NCBI GenBank assembly: GCA_036507075.1
Contig: DASXQR010000096.1
Span: forward strand, 1-11,831
Direction: 5' to 3'
DNA length: 11,831 nucleotides
Source of the DNA: Acidobacteriota bacterium
GTDB lineage: Bacteria; Acidobacteriota; UBA6911; JACQSX01
Below, in pieces: positions 1-7,667 of this stretch. A program made the position numbers and the translations under genes. Below the pieces are notes generated by a model. That model saw only the letters and a program-made list of their open reading frames with translations. It ran no database searches and was not told the DNA's origin. Within the stretch, counting starts at the first letter, position 1. Each line of letters opens with the position of its first letter.

Positions 1-909
1 TTGCGGCTGAAGTCCGTCTTGCCGTATTTGAAAAAGCATATTCCTGGACAGCCGAATATTGTGCCGGAATATATGCCCGGTGGCGGAGGCCGAAAGGCCG
101 CGAACTACATCTATCGAACCGCTCGCCCCGACGGCTTGACAATCGGATTTCCACCGGGCGGCTTCATCCGGGCAGCAGTCCTCAATGAACCGGGGGCGGA
201 TTACGAACTAGACAAATTTAGTTTCTTGGGAACTGCCGAATCCGAGGACCATTATGTGTTTCTCACCAGACGAGATTCCAATATGGGCACATTGGATCGT
301 CTCCGCGCCAGCTCCGGAATACGAATTGGTGCGCAATCGGTGGGCCATGTGATCCATACTCTGGCCCGAATGTTCGCGTATATTCTGCGCCTGAAGGAGC
401 CTAAATTCATCACCGGATACTCGGGACCGGAGATGGATCAAGCACTCTTGCGCGGGGAACTCGACGCCAGAGTGAACGTCGTCCCTTCGTTGCTAAGGCG
501 CAATCCCGAATGGATCGAAAAGAAACTCGTTGACGTTCACGTCATCTTGCAGATCCCCAAAGGCAGTACGCATCCGCGCTTCGCTCATCTGCCCGAACTC
601 GAAACGTTTGCCAAGACGGATAAGGAGCGGCGGCTGCTGGAGATCTACCGCTCCTTCAGTATCGCCGGCGCTACCTTTATCATTCCGCCGCGCACACCCC
701 CGGAACGGATTCGGACGCTGCGCGATGCAATCACCGCAGCCTATAAGGACCCTGACTTTTTCAAAGATTATGAGAAGATCACGGGGGAAACGCCTTCCCC
801 GCTCACGCCGGATGAATTCGACGAAATCATAAAGAAGCTTCCTCGGGATCCACAAGATGTGGATCTTTTTAAAAAAGTCGCCGGCACGGGCCCGCTGCCC
901 GGCCATTAG
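1..909 (+). CDS. Tripartite tricarboxylate transporter substrate-binding protein (Bug/TctC family), 5' partial
   Basis: Motifs 'HIPGQPNIVPEYMPGGGGRKAANYIY..ARPDGLTIG', 'GYSGPEMDQALLRGELD' and 'PPRTPPERIRTLRDA..AAYKDPDF' are typical of Bug/TctC proteins. The signal peptide and N-terminus are missing, so the TTG at position 1 is probably internal. Confidence 0.88.
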   Translation: MRLKSVLPYLKKHIPGQPNIVPEYMPGGGGRKAANYIYRTARPDGLTIGFPPGGFIRAAVLNEPGADYELDKFSFLGTAESEDHYVFLTRRDSNMGTLDRLRASSGIRIGAQSVGHVIHTLARMFAYILRLKEPKFITGYSGPEMDQALLRGELDARVNVVPSLLRRNPEWIEKKLVDVHVILQIPKGSTHPRFAHLPELETFAKTDKERRLLEIYRSFSIAGATFIIPPRTPPERIRTLRDAITAAYKDPDFFKDYEKITGETPSPLTPDEFDEIIKKLPRDPQDVDLFKKVAGTGPLPGH

Positions 910-1072
910 ATAAGATCAAAAGAAGAATGGTCGCGGCGGTCAGGTCTTGAATCTTGATGTTCGTCTATTCCGGGATTTTTTTCGGTCGATCGCGCAACGC
1001 AAAAGCACTGAGCCTGGTCTCAAGACCTCAAGAAGCCCTCTGCGGGCTAACCTTCCAATCGTAGTTCATTGG

Positions 1073-1307
1073 CGAAGCCGGCGAAAATCTTGACGTCCTC
1101 CCGTCATCCAATCTATGAGTACTTGAGTACCGCAGAGTCGGTTCGATTGAAACTCGCAGATGGAGGTGACCGGGTATGGCCTTGGTACGGTGCGTTACGG
1201 AAATGGGTATGGGAGTGGACGTTCACGGACTGGATTACACCAGTGCCGCCAAACGGGCGGTGTTCGATGCGATTCATCACAGCAGCTTGGGATTTCCGCG
1301 GCTGGTG
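1073..1307 (+). repeat. Direct duplicate of 4811-5044 (upstream region plus first 44 codons of the Lin0512-family gene)
   Basis: Manual alignment gives 235 vs 234 bp with about 4 substitutions and 1 indel. Confidence 0.95.
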
Positions 1308-1433
1308 AGAGTCAAGGGTCAGGCATGCATATTGACTATTCTTCCCGCCGATTCGATTGCACTTGCAACCGCGGTCCAAAGCCGACTGCTAACCGATCGA
1401 ACAGTGCAAGCCGGTCTGCCTACCGGTGTCTGA
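1176..1433 (+). pseudogene. Truncated Lin0512-family gene copy (44 native codons, then 41 unrelated codons)
   Basis: The protein is identical to 4913-5257 up to GFPRLV (ends at 1307) and then diverges. The GGAGGTG RBS is retained. Confidence 0.85.
1331..1411 (+). repeat. Dispersed repeat family R2, copy 1
   Basis: ATTGACTATTCTTCCCGCCGATTCGATTGCACTTGCAACCGCGGTCCAAAGCCGA... matches 2864-2945, and its 31-bp core matches 7617-7647. Confidence 0.85.
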
Positions 1434-1450
1434 GTTGCCTAATTTCCCTC

Positions 1451-1498
1451 ATCCGGAAAATTGAGTTACGCAAAATCAGGAAAATTGAGATACGGAAC
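1451..1498 (+). repeat. Tandem 24-bp duplication
   Basis: ATCCGGAAAATTGAGTTACGCAAA followed by ATCAGGAAAATTGAGATACGGAAC, 20/24 identical. Confidence 0.75.
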
Positions 1499-1763
1499 CA
1501 CTGGTCTTTCTTTTCCTTGACTCCTATCTTCCGTTTGTCCTATTTTACCCCTAGCCAAATTCTGCTGAGTCCTCAGACGCGCTCACATCTTTGACCCCAC
1601 AGGATCGCCGGGACGGGGTCTCTGCAGCCGGGCTTTTTTTGGCTGAGAAGAACCTCAAGTTTTGAAAAGATGATTGCAGGGTGCTCGGATTCACGTATTC
1701 AAGCCTGACCACATTCCTCACTAAGCTGGAGAACCCGAGACTTTAAACGTAACGGAGGAGACT

Positions 1764-2825
1764 ATGACATCATCGCGCGCCCTGGCGGGGCTTGCGCTCA
1801 CGCTCGCCTTCGCCGTCCCGGCGGCCACACAGCAGGCGAAGATCGTCAAGCAGGACTATCACATAGACGGCGTCGATCCGGGGGTGCGCCTCTTCGTGCG
1901 TCAGAAGATGGACGCGGGCAACACGCGCTTCACCGACGACAACATCGTGCTGTTCATCCACGGCGCGACCGCACCCTCGACCTGCGATTTCGACCTCGGC
2001 TTCAAGGACTACTCGTGGGCCGACTGGATGGTGGACAAGGGCTATGTGGTGTACATGTTCGACAAGCGCAACTACGGCTACTCGAGCCGCGAGAAGGCGA
2101 TGGACGAGCCGGCGGCGAACAACAAGCCGGTGTCGCGCTCCTATCTTGTTATCCGCGACCTCGGGGCGGTGGTGGACCATATCCGCACGAAGCACAAGGT
2201 CAACAAAGTGACGCTGATCGGCTGGTCCTGGGGCGCGATGACTGGGGGCTACTACAGTTCTCTCTCTAGCGAAAAGGTGAGAAAGCTCGTGATGTACGCA
2301 CCGGCCTATTCATTCCCGCTCCACACCAACCTTGGGCCCGGCTCGGGCCTGCAGAACAAGAGGAAACCTTACGAGTTCAATTACGCCCTGGGCGCCTATC
2401 GCACCGCGAGCACCGCGCAAAATACCGCGCGCTGGGACGGCGAGATCCCGGTGCAGGACAAATCGCAGTACCGCGACCCAGAAGTGCCCACCGCGTTCTG
2501 GGACGCGTGCATGGCGACCGACCCGACCAGCCAATCGCGCAATCCGCCCGCGCTGCGCGCGCCGAACGGCGTGCTCGAGGACACCTTCATGCAGGAAACC
2601 GGGCGACGCATCTGGAACGCCTCTTCGATCTACGTGCCGGTGCTCGTGATTGCGGGCGAGTACGACACCTGGTCCTATCCCGAGGACCGCGAAGGATTGA
2701 TGCGCGATCTCACGAACGCGCTGGCGAAGAGAAGCGTGCTAATCAAGGACGCAACCCACTTCGTGCTGTTTGAGAAGCCGCGCTTCGAGTTCTTCAACGA
2801 AATTCTGAAATTCCTGAAAGAATAG
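1764..2825 (+). CDS. Secreted/periplasmic alpha/beta-fold hydrolase
   Basis: GGAGGAG RBS, N-terminal signal peptide, 'VLFIHG' oxyanion motif, G-W-S-W-G nucleophile elbow, and candidate catalytic Asp (GEYD) and His (ATHF). Confidence 0.92.
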   Translation: MTSSRALAGLALTLAFAVPAATQQAKIVKQDYHIDGVDPGVRLFVRQKMDAGNTRFTDDNIVLFIHGATAPSTCDFDLGFKDYSWADWMVDKGYVVYMFDKRNYGYSSREKAMDEPAANNKPVSRSYLVIRDLGAVVDHIRTKHKVNKVTLIGWSWGAMTGGYYSSLSSEKVRKLVMYAPAYSFPLHTNLGPGSGLQNKRKPYEFNYALGAYRTASTAQNTARWDGEIPVQDKSQYRDPEVPTAFWDACMATDPTSQSRNPPALRAPNGVLEDTFMQETGRRIWNASSIYVPVLVIAGEYDTWSYPEDREGLMRDLTNALAKRSVLIKDATHFVLFEKPRFEFFNEILKFLKE

Positions 2826-2863
2826 CCATGAGCTGTGGGAAGATTTGGGGTCTGGCCGGAGTA

Positions 2864-2945
2864 ATTGACTTATTCTTCTTGCCGATTCGATTGCGCTTGC
2901 CACCGCGGTTCAAAGCCGATTGTAACCAATTCGGATAGTTCAAGC
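2864..2945 (+). repeat. Dispersed repeat family R2, copy 2
   Basis: Aligns with 1331-1411 over about 80 bp; the core is 28/31 identical. Confidence 0.85.
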
Positions 2946-2988
2946 TGTTCAAATCTTGAACCGTTTGAACGTATTGAACGACTTGAAA
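2938..2988. repeat. 9-bp-period repeat tract with strand switch (GTTCAA x2, then TTGAAC/TTGAAA x4)
   Basis: Hexamers start at 2938, 2947, 2956, 2965, 2974 and 2983. The two halves are reverse complements of each other. Confidence 0.75.
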
Positions 2989-3064
2989 CGGCAGCTTGAT
3001 GTTCGATCCCAGCGCGCTTTGAAATCTCATTGCCCGCGATTAGATCCTGAATTACTACGCCTGG

Positions 3065-4069
3065 CTACGCCAGCTTTCGAGCAATCATGAGACCATGTTC
3101 ATCAGCGAGTACGAAGTTCGCACGCTCAATGTCCACAAATCCTGCGTCACTGAGCCAATCTCTGTGTTCTTGCTCCGTGTAGGACCCGCCATTATCAAAG
3201 CGATTTATGAAAACCAGATTGAATCCCACTGCCTCCAGAGGGGCGGTACGGGAGTTATCGAGAATCTGCGCGACGATGTATATCGTCCCACCTGGATTTA
3301 TTGCAGCACCTATGTTCTTTACCGCCAGGCGCGCATGTTCTGGGGACAGAACCTGGAGCAGAGCCCTCAATACCACGGCGTCATATGAACCTGATAAAGG
3401 ACCTCTCGCCACATCCGCCGCCATGACTTTGACACGGTCCGTCGCTCCTTCCTCTTCCACGATCCTTTGAGCAATCGGAGTAACCAGAGGAAGGTCAATC
3501 GCAGTCGCCTGCATGTGGGGGCAGGCCTTCGCCATTGTTAACGCAAGCCCCGCACCTCCACAACCAACATCCGCCAGGGTCTTAGTCGTTGAGAAGTCAT
3601 ACCTCTCTAACAGGGCATGCGCAGCTGCGACTGTGAGGACGTTGATTCGACGAAGGAATGCCTCTAATTCCGCTTGTGGAGAATTGGAGAAGTCGAGTTG
3701 AGCCTGTGGCACCCCAGTGCGAATGGATTCGGCAGTTTTGAGGTTGATCATCCACCGGTTGTACAAGAGTGTGTGCTTGTTGCCCATGTATGAGGAAGCC
3801 CCCTTCACCAGGAACCGATTGGCTTCGGGGGTGTTTGAGAAACGTCCGTCCTTCTCGGTCAACAGCCCTGCGGCAACTAAGCCATATAGAAGAAGTCGCA
3901 ATCGTGCAGGGCCTACATCAATCGCATGGGCAATCTCATCGGCGGTCATGGAACCGCCCTGCAACGGTGTGAATACGTCAAGCTGCACGCCCGCCAGCAT
4001 GGCAAAAGCTGCGTCGGTTCCAAATATGAGATTGTTCACGAGATCAGGTCGAGGAACTGGGCCTTCCAT
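3065..4069 (-). CDS. SAM-dependent O-methyltransferase (dimerisation domain plus Methyltransf_2 type)
   Basis: GGAGG RBS, N-terminal winged dimerisation domain (LDVFTPL..TADEIA), SAM motif 'LADVGCGGAG', then 'IDLP' and 'GSYDAVVL'. Confidence 0.92.
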   Translation of the reverse strand: MEGPVPRPDLVNNLIFGTDAAFAMLAGVQLDVFTPLQGGSMTADEIAHAIDVGPARLRLLLYGLVAAGLLTEKDGRFSNTPEANRFLVKGASSYMGNKHTLLYNRWMINLKTAESIRTGVPQAQLDFSNSPQAELEAFLRRINVLTVAAAHALLERYDFSTTKTLADVGCGGAGLALTMAKACPHMQATAIDLPLVTPIAQRIVEEEGATDRVKVMAADVARGPLSGSYDAVVLRALLQVLSPEHARLAVKNIGAAINPGGTIYIVAQILDNSRTAPLEAVGFNLVFINRFDNGGSYTEQEHRDWLSDAGFVDIERANFVLADEHGLMIARKLA

Positions 4070-4129
4070 AGCGGCGCCTCCTGGAATTGTCTAATTCGCG
4101 GCTCAGGTAAAGTTGATCCTTTTGGGCAG

Positions 4130-4159
4130 AGAGTATTTGATAATTGGCTGTTATTGCAA
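4130..4159 (-). promoter_or_regulatory. Candidate sigma70 promoter of the methyltransferase
   Basis: TTGCAA-N18-TACTCT on the minus strand, about 60 bp upstream of the ATG. Confidence 0.35.
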
Positions 4160-4170
4160 CTTGAGGCGGA

Positions 4171-4243
4171 CTTCCACGTTTCCGGAATTCCGGAAACGTG
4201 AGTAATGTCACGTTTGCTCAATTGCGCAAATCCGCAAATGAAG
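4171..4243. repeat. Palindromic element R1, copy A
   Basis: Perfect 26-bp palindrome at 4175-4200, and a second site CACGTTTGCTCAATTGCGCAAATCCG at 4209-4234. Confidence 0.97.
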
Positions 4244-4320
4244 GGGATTTGTGGCCGGGCTTTCTGACAGCTGACTGGCGCTTGACAGCTTCTATGTGGT
4301 AGTCGCTTTGCCCACCTGCC

Positions 4321-4686
4321 TTACTCTTCCACCTGTGTGGTCGTGCTCCCTTTTGCTGTTAAAGCAATGTGGGAGAATGAGGAATCAGGCGTGGCCCCAT
4401 GCCAATGTTTCTCTTCCGCCTGAATGTGCACGACATCCCCCACGCTGATGACTTCCCGGTGCGTTTCCGTGGCGATGATACCCTTCCCGGCAGTGACAAA
4501 CAGCACCTGATCGCTGCTATGGGTGTGCATTTTGTTCCGGGCGCCGGCGCTGAAGTTGACGACGCCCAGATTAAAGTAGTTGCTTGTCTCAGGCGTTAGC
4601 AGCGGCTGCCGCGTCACGGGACCGCCGGTAAACAAGGGACTATTCGCGGATTCTGCGGGAATCCGGTCGGGCTTGAGCACCTTCAT
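4321..4686 (-). CDS. Small cupin-domain protein (cupin_2 type)
   Basis: AGGAGG RBS; cupin motifs 'MHTHSSDQVLFVTAGKG' and 'GDVVHI...EKHWHGA'. Confidence 0.92.
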   Translation of the reverse strand: MKVLKPDRIPAESANSPLFTGGPVTRQPLLTPETSNYFNLGVVNFSAGARNKMHTHSSDQVLFVTAGKGIIATETHREVISVGDVVHIQAEEKHWHGATPDSSFSHIALTAKGSTTTQVEE

Positions 4687-4810
4687 TAGAGCATCCTCCT
4701 TTCAGTCTCTAGTTCTTCTCCTGTATGGTAGATTCCATCATCCTTACTTGGATATGAATGGCCGGGGTCAGACCCTACAATCTTAACCTGCGAATGGGAG
4801 GATTTCTCGC

Positions 4811-5044
4811 CGAAGCCGGCAAAAATCTTGACGTCCTCCCGTCATCCAATCTATGAGTATTTAGTACCGCAGAATCGGTTCGATTGAAACTCGCAGATGG
4901 AGGTGACCGGGTATGGCCTTGGTACGGTGCGTTACGGAAATGGGTATGGGAGTGGATGTTCACGGACTGGATTACACCAGTGCCGCCAAACGGGCGGTGT
5001 TCGATGCGATTCATCACAGCAGCTTGGGATTTCCGCGGCTGGTG
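4811..5044 (+). repeat. Source copy of the duplication at 1073-1307
   Basis: Near-identical direct repeat. It includes a TTGACG box (4828-4833), the RBS and the first 44 codons. Confidence 0.95.
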
Positions 5045-5257
5045 GGCAAGACCGCCGACGATATGCGGGTGGATGTGACCATTGGCGTGCCCAAGCCCGA
5101 AGCGGTGGATCGCCAGGCCGTGCTGGAAACGTTGCCGCACGGCGGAGGGCACATCAACGTGGTCCACGGCGGATTGCAGGTGCTCAATGAAAAGGGCGAC
5201 GATGGTTGGCTGATTGCTAACGCCATCATCGTCGTCAGCATGGACGACGGCAAATAG
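4913..5257 (+). CDS. Lin0512-family protein (function unknown)
   Basis: Signature 'EMGMGVDVHGLDYTSAAKRAVFDAIHHSSL' and 'VDVTIGVPKPEAVD..AVLETLPHG...VVHGGL'; GGAGGTG RBS. Confidence 0.9.
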   Translation: MALVRCVTEMGMGVDVHGLDYTSAAKRAVFDAIHHSSLGFPRLVGKTADDMRVDVTIGVPKPEAVDRQAVLETLPHGGGHINVVHGGLQVLNEKGDDGWLIANAIIVVSMDDGK

Positions 5258-5266
5258 ACGAAGCCA

Positions 5267-5295
5267 GTTCCAGACGTTTCAGACGTTCCAATCGT
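5267..5295 (+). repeat. Three 9-bp tandem units
   Basis: GTTCCAGAC GTTTCAGAC GTTCCAATC directly after the Lin0512 stop codon. Confidence 0.65.
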
Positions 5296-5472
5296 GATGG
5301 CCGGGTCAGACCACAATCGTAACACTCTTGCTATTTTTACCGAACCCGTTTCGTCTGGAATTGCGCAGCCACGAGACGGGACGCACAACTACTCCGTTCT
5401 TTCCGGGAACAACCCCGGCATCCAGCGAGACGCGAGTGCGGCTGGGAATGCAAGGCGCAGCGGCGCGCCGTA

Positions 5473-5551
5473 GAACACTTCCCACGTTTCCGGAATTCCG
5501 GAAACGTGAGATATGCCACGTTTGCTCAATTGTGCAAATCCGCAAATGAAG
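5473..5551. repeat. Palindromic element R1, copy B
   Basis: Perfect 26-bp palindrome at 5483-5508 and second site from 5517. It ends 7 bp from the bicupin stop codon. Confidence 0.97.
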
Positions 5552-5558
5552 AAAAAAT

Positions 5559-6797
5559 CTAAACCCCTCCCGGTTCCGATTCGCCTTCGGGCGGAATCCG
5601 CTGGGAGTAGACCCAAACCGGCATACGACTGGTCATCCCTTCAGCAGACACCGCAGCTTCATACGCGTGTCGAACGTGCGGATCTTCGTCGACGTAGGAG
5701 ATCGCTCTGCCGCCATCCCGCGTGTCTATGGCACCCCCGTCCGTCGCCGCGTCACCGGGTGATCCGCCGTAGCGAAAGCCCGGTCCGTAGGGTCCGTCGA
5801 AGACGAGCAACCGAAGTCCGTCAGGATGCGTGCCGAAGTGCTGGTGGAACCAGTCGCCTCTCATCGGCGCCGCGCTGATCATGCCTACCGGCTCGTAGGT
5901 TTGTTTTTTCACTTGATCGCCGGCTCCCGCGCTCCACGGTTGCATGCCGAGTCGATCGGGCCAGGTGTAGCTGTAGCCCTTACCCTTGATGCAGACGAGG
6001 ATGGCGCCGGAAGAATGTTTGTGCGCCTTGGAGTACTGGCCGGTCTTGTACTGGGCGATCTTCATGTAGAAGTTCGCGCCCGCCATGTGCGGCTCGATAC
6101 GTCTATAGTCGAACGCGCGACGGTTGTCCGGCGGCAACTCACAAGTGAGAATGTCGGGGATAATGTTCGTGCGGCGCATGGCGAGGCCGCGCACCGGATC
6201 GGCGTAAATATCCTCCACCGGCTTGAAATAATCATCCGAGGCATCGAAGCGGTTGAGGAAATTGTAAGGACAGTTCATGACGAACTCGGCGTCGCGAATC
6301 AGATTGACGATGTTGGGCGCCGTGGTTGCCGCGAGCAAGAGCGCCGGAGAAGAGGTGGCGTTGACAACTTGGTGCCACGCGTTGAGCGGAATCGCGAAGA
6401 GCGATCCACGACTCCATTCGAATGTCAGCTTTTTGCCGTTGCCTTCCTGCCAGACTTCAGTGGTGCCGCGACCTTCAACGACGTAGTAAACCTCCTCGTA
6501 GAGATGCCGCTCGGGGTTCAGCGCTCCCGCCCCGGGCACTTCGACGACATACATTCCCCACAGGCTTTCCGTCCCCAACAGTTGAATGGCGACGCCGCGT
6601 CCCCCCAGTCGCTTCCACGGCGACAGCGCCAGATCCTGCACCTTATGCACGCCGATGTCCCGGTGTATCGGAATACCCTGCGCCTCCATGAATAAATCGT
6701 AGGGCGACTTTGGATTTTTCCACTTACCGAAACCCGCCTTTTGACCCGCCTTTGGCTCGCGCCAATCGAATAACTGCGCGCCTGATTCAACACCCAT
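5559..6797 (-). CDS. Bicupin protein (two cupin domains; gentisate 1,2-dioxygenase-like fold, substrate unknown)
   Basis: GAGGAGG RBS. Domain 1 has 'ERHLYEEVYYVVEGRG...AIPLNAWHQ' and domain 2 has 'KAHKHSSGAILVCIKGKG...WFHQHF'. Confidence 0.88.
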   Translation of the reverse strand: MGVESGAQLFDWREPKAGQKAGFGKWKNPKSPYDLFMEAQGIPIHRDIGVHKVQDLALSPWKRLGGRGVAIQLLGTESLWGMYVVEVPGAGALNPERHLYEEVYYVVEGRGTTEVWQEGNGKKLTFEWSRGSLFAIPLNAWHQVVNATSSPALLLAATTAPNIVNLIRDAEFVMNCPYNFLNRFDASDDYFKPVEDIYADPVRGLAMRRTNIIPDILTCELPPDNRRAFDYRRIEPHMAGANFYMKIAQYKTGQYSKAHKHSSGAILVCIKGKGYSYTWPDRLGMQPWSAGAGDQVKKQTYEPVGMISAAPMRGDWFHQHFGTHPDGLRLLVFDGPYGPGFRYGGSPGDAATDGGAIDTRDGGRAISYVDEDPHVRHAYEAAVSAEGMTSRMPVWVYSQRIPPEGESEPGGV

Positions 6798-6892
6798 GGT
6801 ATTTACCCTCCTCGAAGAGCCGTCTTTCCCTAAAAAGGCGATCGACTTAGAGTTGAACTACTTGATTTCCTCTCCCGGCGTCAAGTAACTAA

Positions 6893-6927
6893 TAGGCATT
6901 AGGCATGAGGCATCAGGCAAGAGTCAA
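6893..6927 (+). repeat. 7-bp tandem repeat tract
   Basis: TAGGCAT TAGGCAT GAGGCAT CAGGCAA GAGTCAA. Confidence 0.75.
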
Positions 6928-7009
6928 CGGTCAGAACCCGCCGGTCGTGTGAACCGCTCAAAACGACAAGCTAGCAGCGCTGCTTCTTGCCGCTTATTTT
7001 CCTCTCCCG

Positions 7010-7089
7010 GAACACTTCCCACGTTTCCGGAATTCCAGAAACGTGAGATATGTCACGTTTGCTCAATTGCGCAAATCCGCAAACGAAGG
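7010..7089. repeat. Palindromic element R1, copy C (left flank 6921-7009 also homologous to the flank of copy D)
   Basis: Palindrome at 7020-7045 with one mismatch (7037), and second site from 7054. Confidence 0.96.
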
Positions 7090-7217
7090 AGATCTTAGCG
7101 TGACGATGCTCGCCTTTGCGATTCCCTCGAGATCGTTCTTTGAGACGAAAGGGTCCGCGAACTCCATACCCGCAGTGACACTGCGTCTTTGATTTCCGCT
7201 GATCCCCGACAAGGACT

Positions 7218-7481
7218 CTATCGTTGTTTATCGACCGCTTTCCAGAAATCGCCGTGTTTGATGCCGCGTCCCTTCTTGATGCGCCGTTCGGCGGCCTTCA
7301 GCAAGGCCATAAATCGCGGCGTGTGGGCAAGAATTAACCGTTCAAGCTCTTCTTCGCTCCCCACAGCTACCAGCACCGCTTTCGCCCGGCCGTTCTTTGT
7401 CACCACAACGGGGCTTTCCTTACACTCTTCGACATAACTGCTAAAGCGCGCCTTAACCTCCGCAAGAGGGGCAATCTTCAT
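7218..7481 (-). CDS. Type II toxin-antitoxin antitoxin, Phd/YefM family
   Basis: N-terminal 'MKIAPLAEVKARFSSYV...PVVVTKNGRAKAVLV' is the Phd/YefM DNA-binding signature; 87 aa. Confidence 0.92.
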   Translation of the reverse strand: MKIAPLAEVKARFSSYVEECKESPVVVTKNGRAKAVLVAVGSEEELERLILAHTPRFMALLKAAERRIKKGRGIKHGDFWKAVDKQR

Positions 7482-7576
7482 AATTCGAACTCCTTTCCGC
7501 CGATATACAATCGCTCTTTGATTTTGACGCCAATTGCGAGAAGATTAACCGTCCAAAGCTCGCGATCCACTTTGTA
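7478..7576 (-). pseudogene. C-terminal remnant of a RelE/ParE-type toxin
   Basis: 'YKVDRELWTVNLLAIGVKIKERLYIGGKEFEL*' resembles RelE/ParE C-termini, and its stop overlaps the antitoxin start (ATGA). The upstream sequence is unrelated repeat DNA. Confidence 0.75.
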
Positions 7577-7607
7577 GGGGAGTCCTAAGGGGATCGCATC
7601 TTTACTT

Positions 7608-7647
7608 TTGACATTCGCCGATTCGATAGCACTTGCAACTGCGATCC
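7608..7647 (+). repeat. Dispersed repeat family R2, copy 3 (short)
   Basis: GCCGATTCGATAGCACTTGCAACTGCGATCC (7617-7647) is 28/31 identical to 1347-1377. Confidence 0.75.
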
Positions 7648-7667
7648 GCTCGGAAGAGATTAGCCGC

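Noticed and set aside
942..1033. Terminator or inverted repeat after the Bug gene (AGGTCTTGA…TCAAGACCT; T-run near 976-982)
   Set aside because: The 9-bp arms are 69 nt apart and the stem before the T-run is weak, which is too little to call a terminator.
5306..5616. Several short ORFs containing 'FPEFRKR' or 'HVSGIPET'
   Set aside because: These recurring peptides are translations of the R1 palindrome. They have no RBS support and no consistent start or stop across copies.
5826..6695. 289-aa plus-strand ORF
   Set aside because: It is an antisense shadow of the bicupin gene with no recognisable motifs, as expected in GC-rich coding DNA.
7617..7647. CIRCE or sigma54 motif in the R2 core (TAGCACTTGCAA)
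   Set aside because: The second CIRCE arm is missing and the GG-N10-GC spacing for sigma54 is not met.
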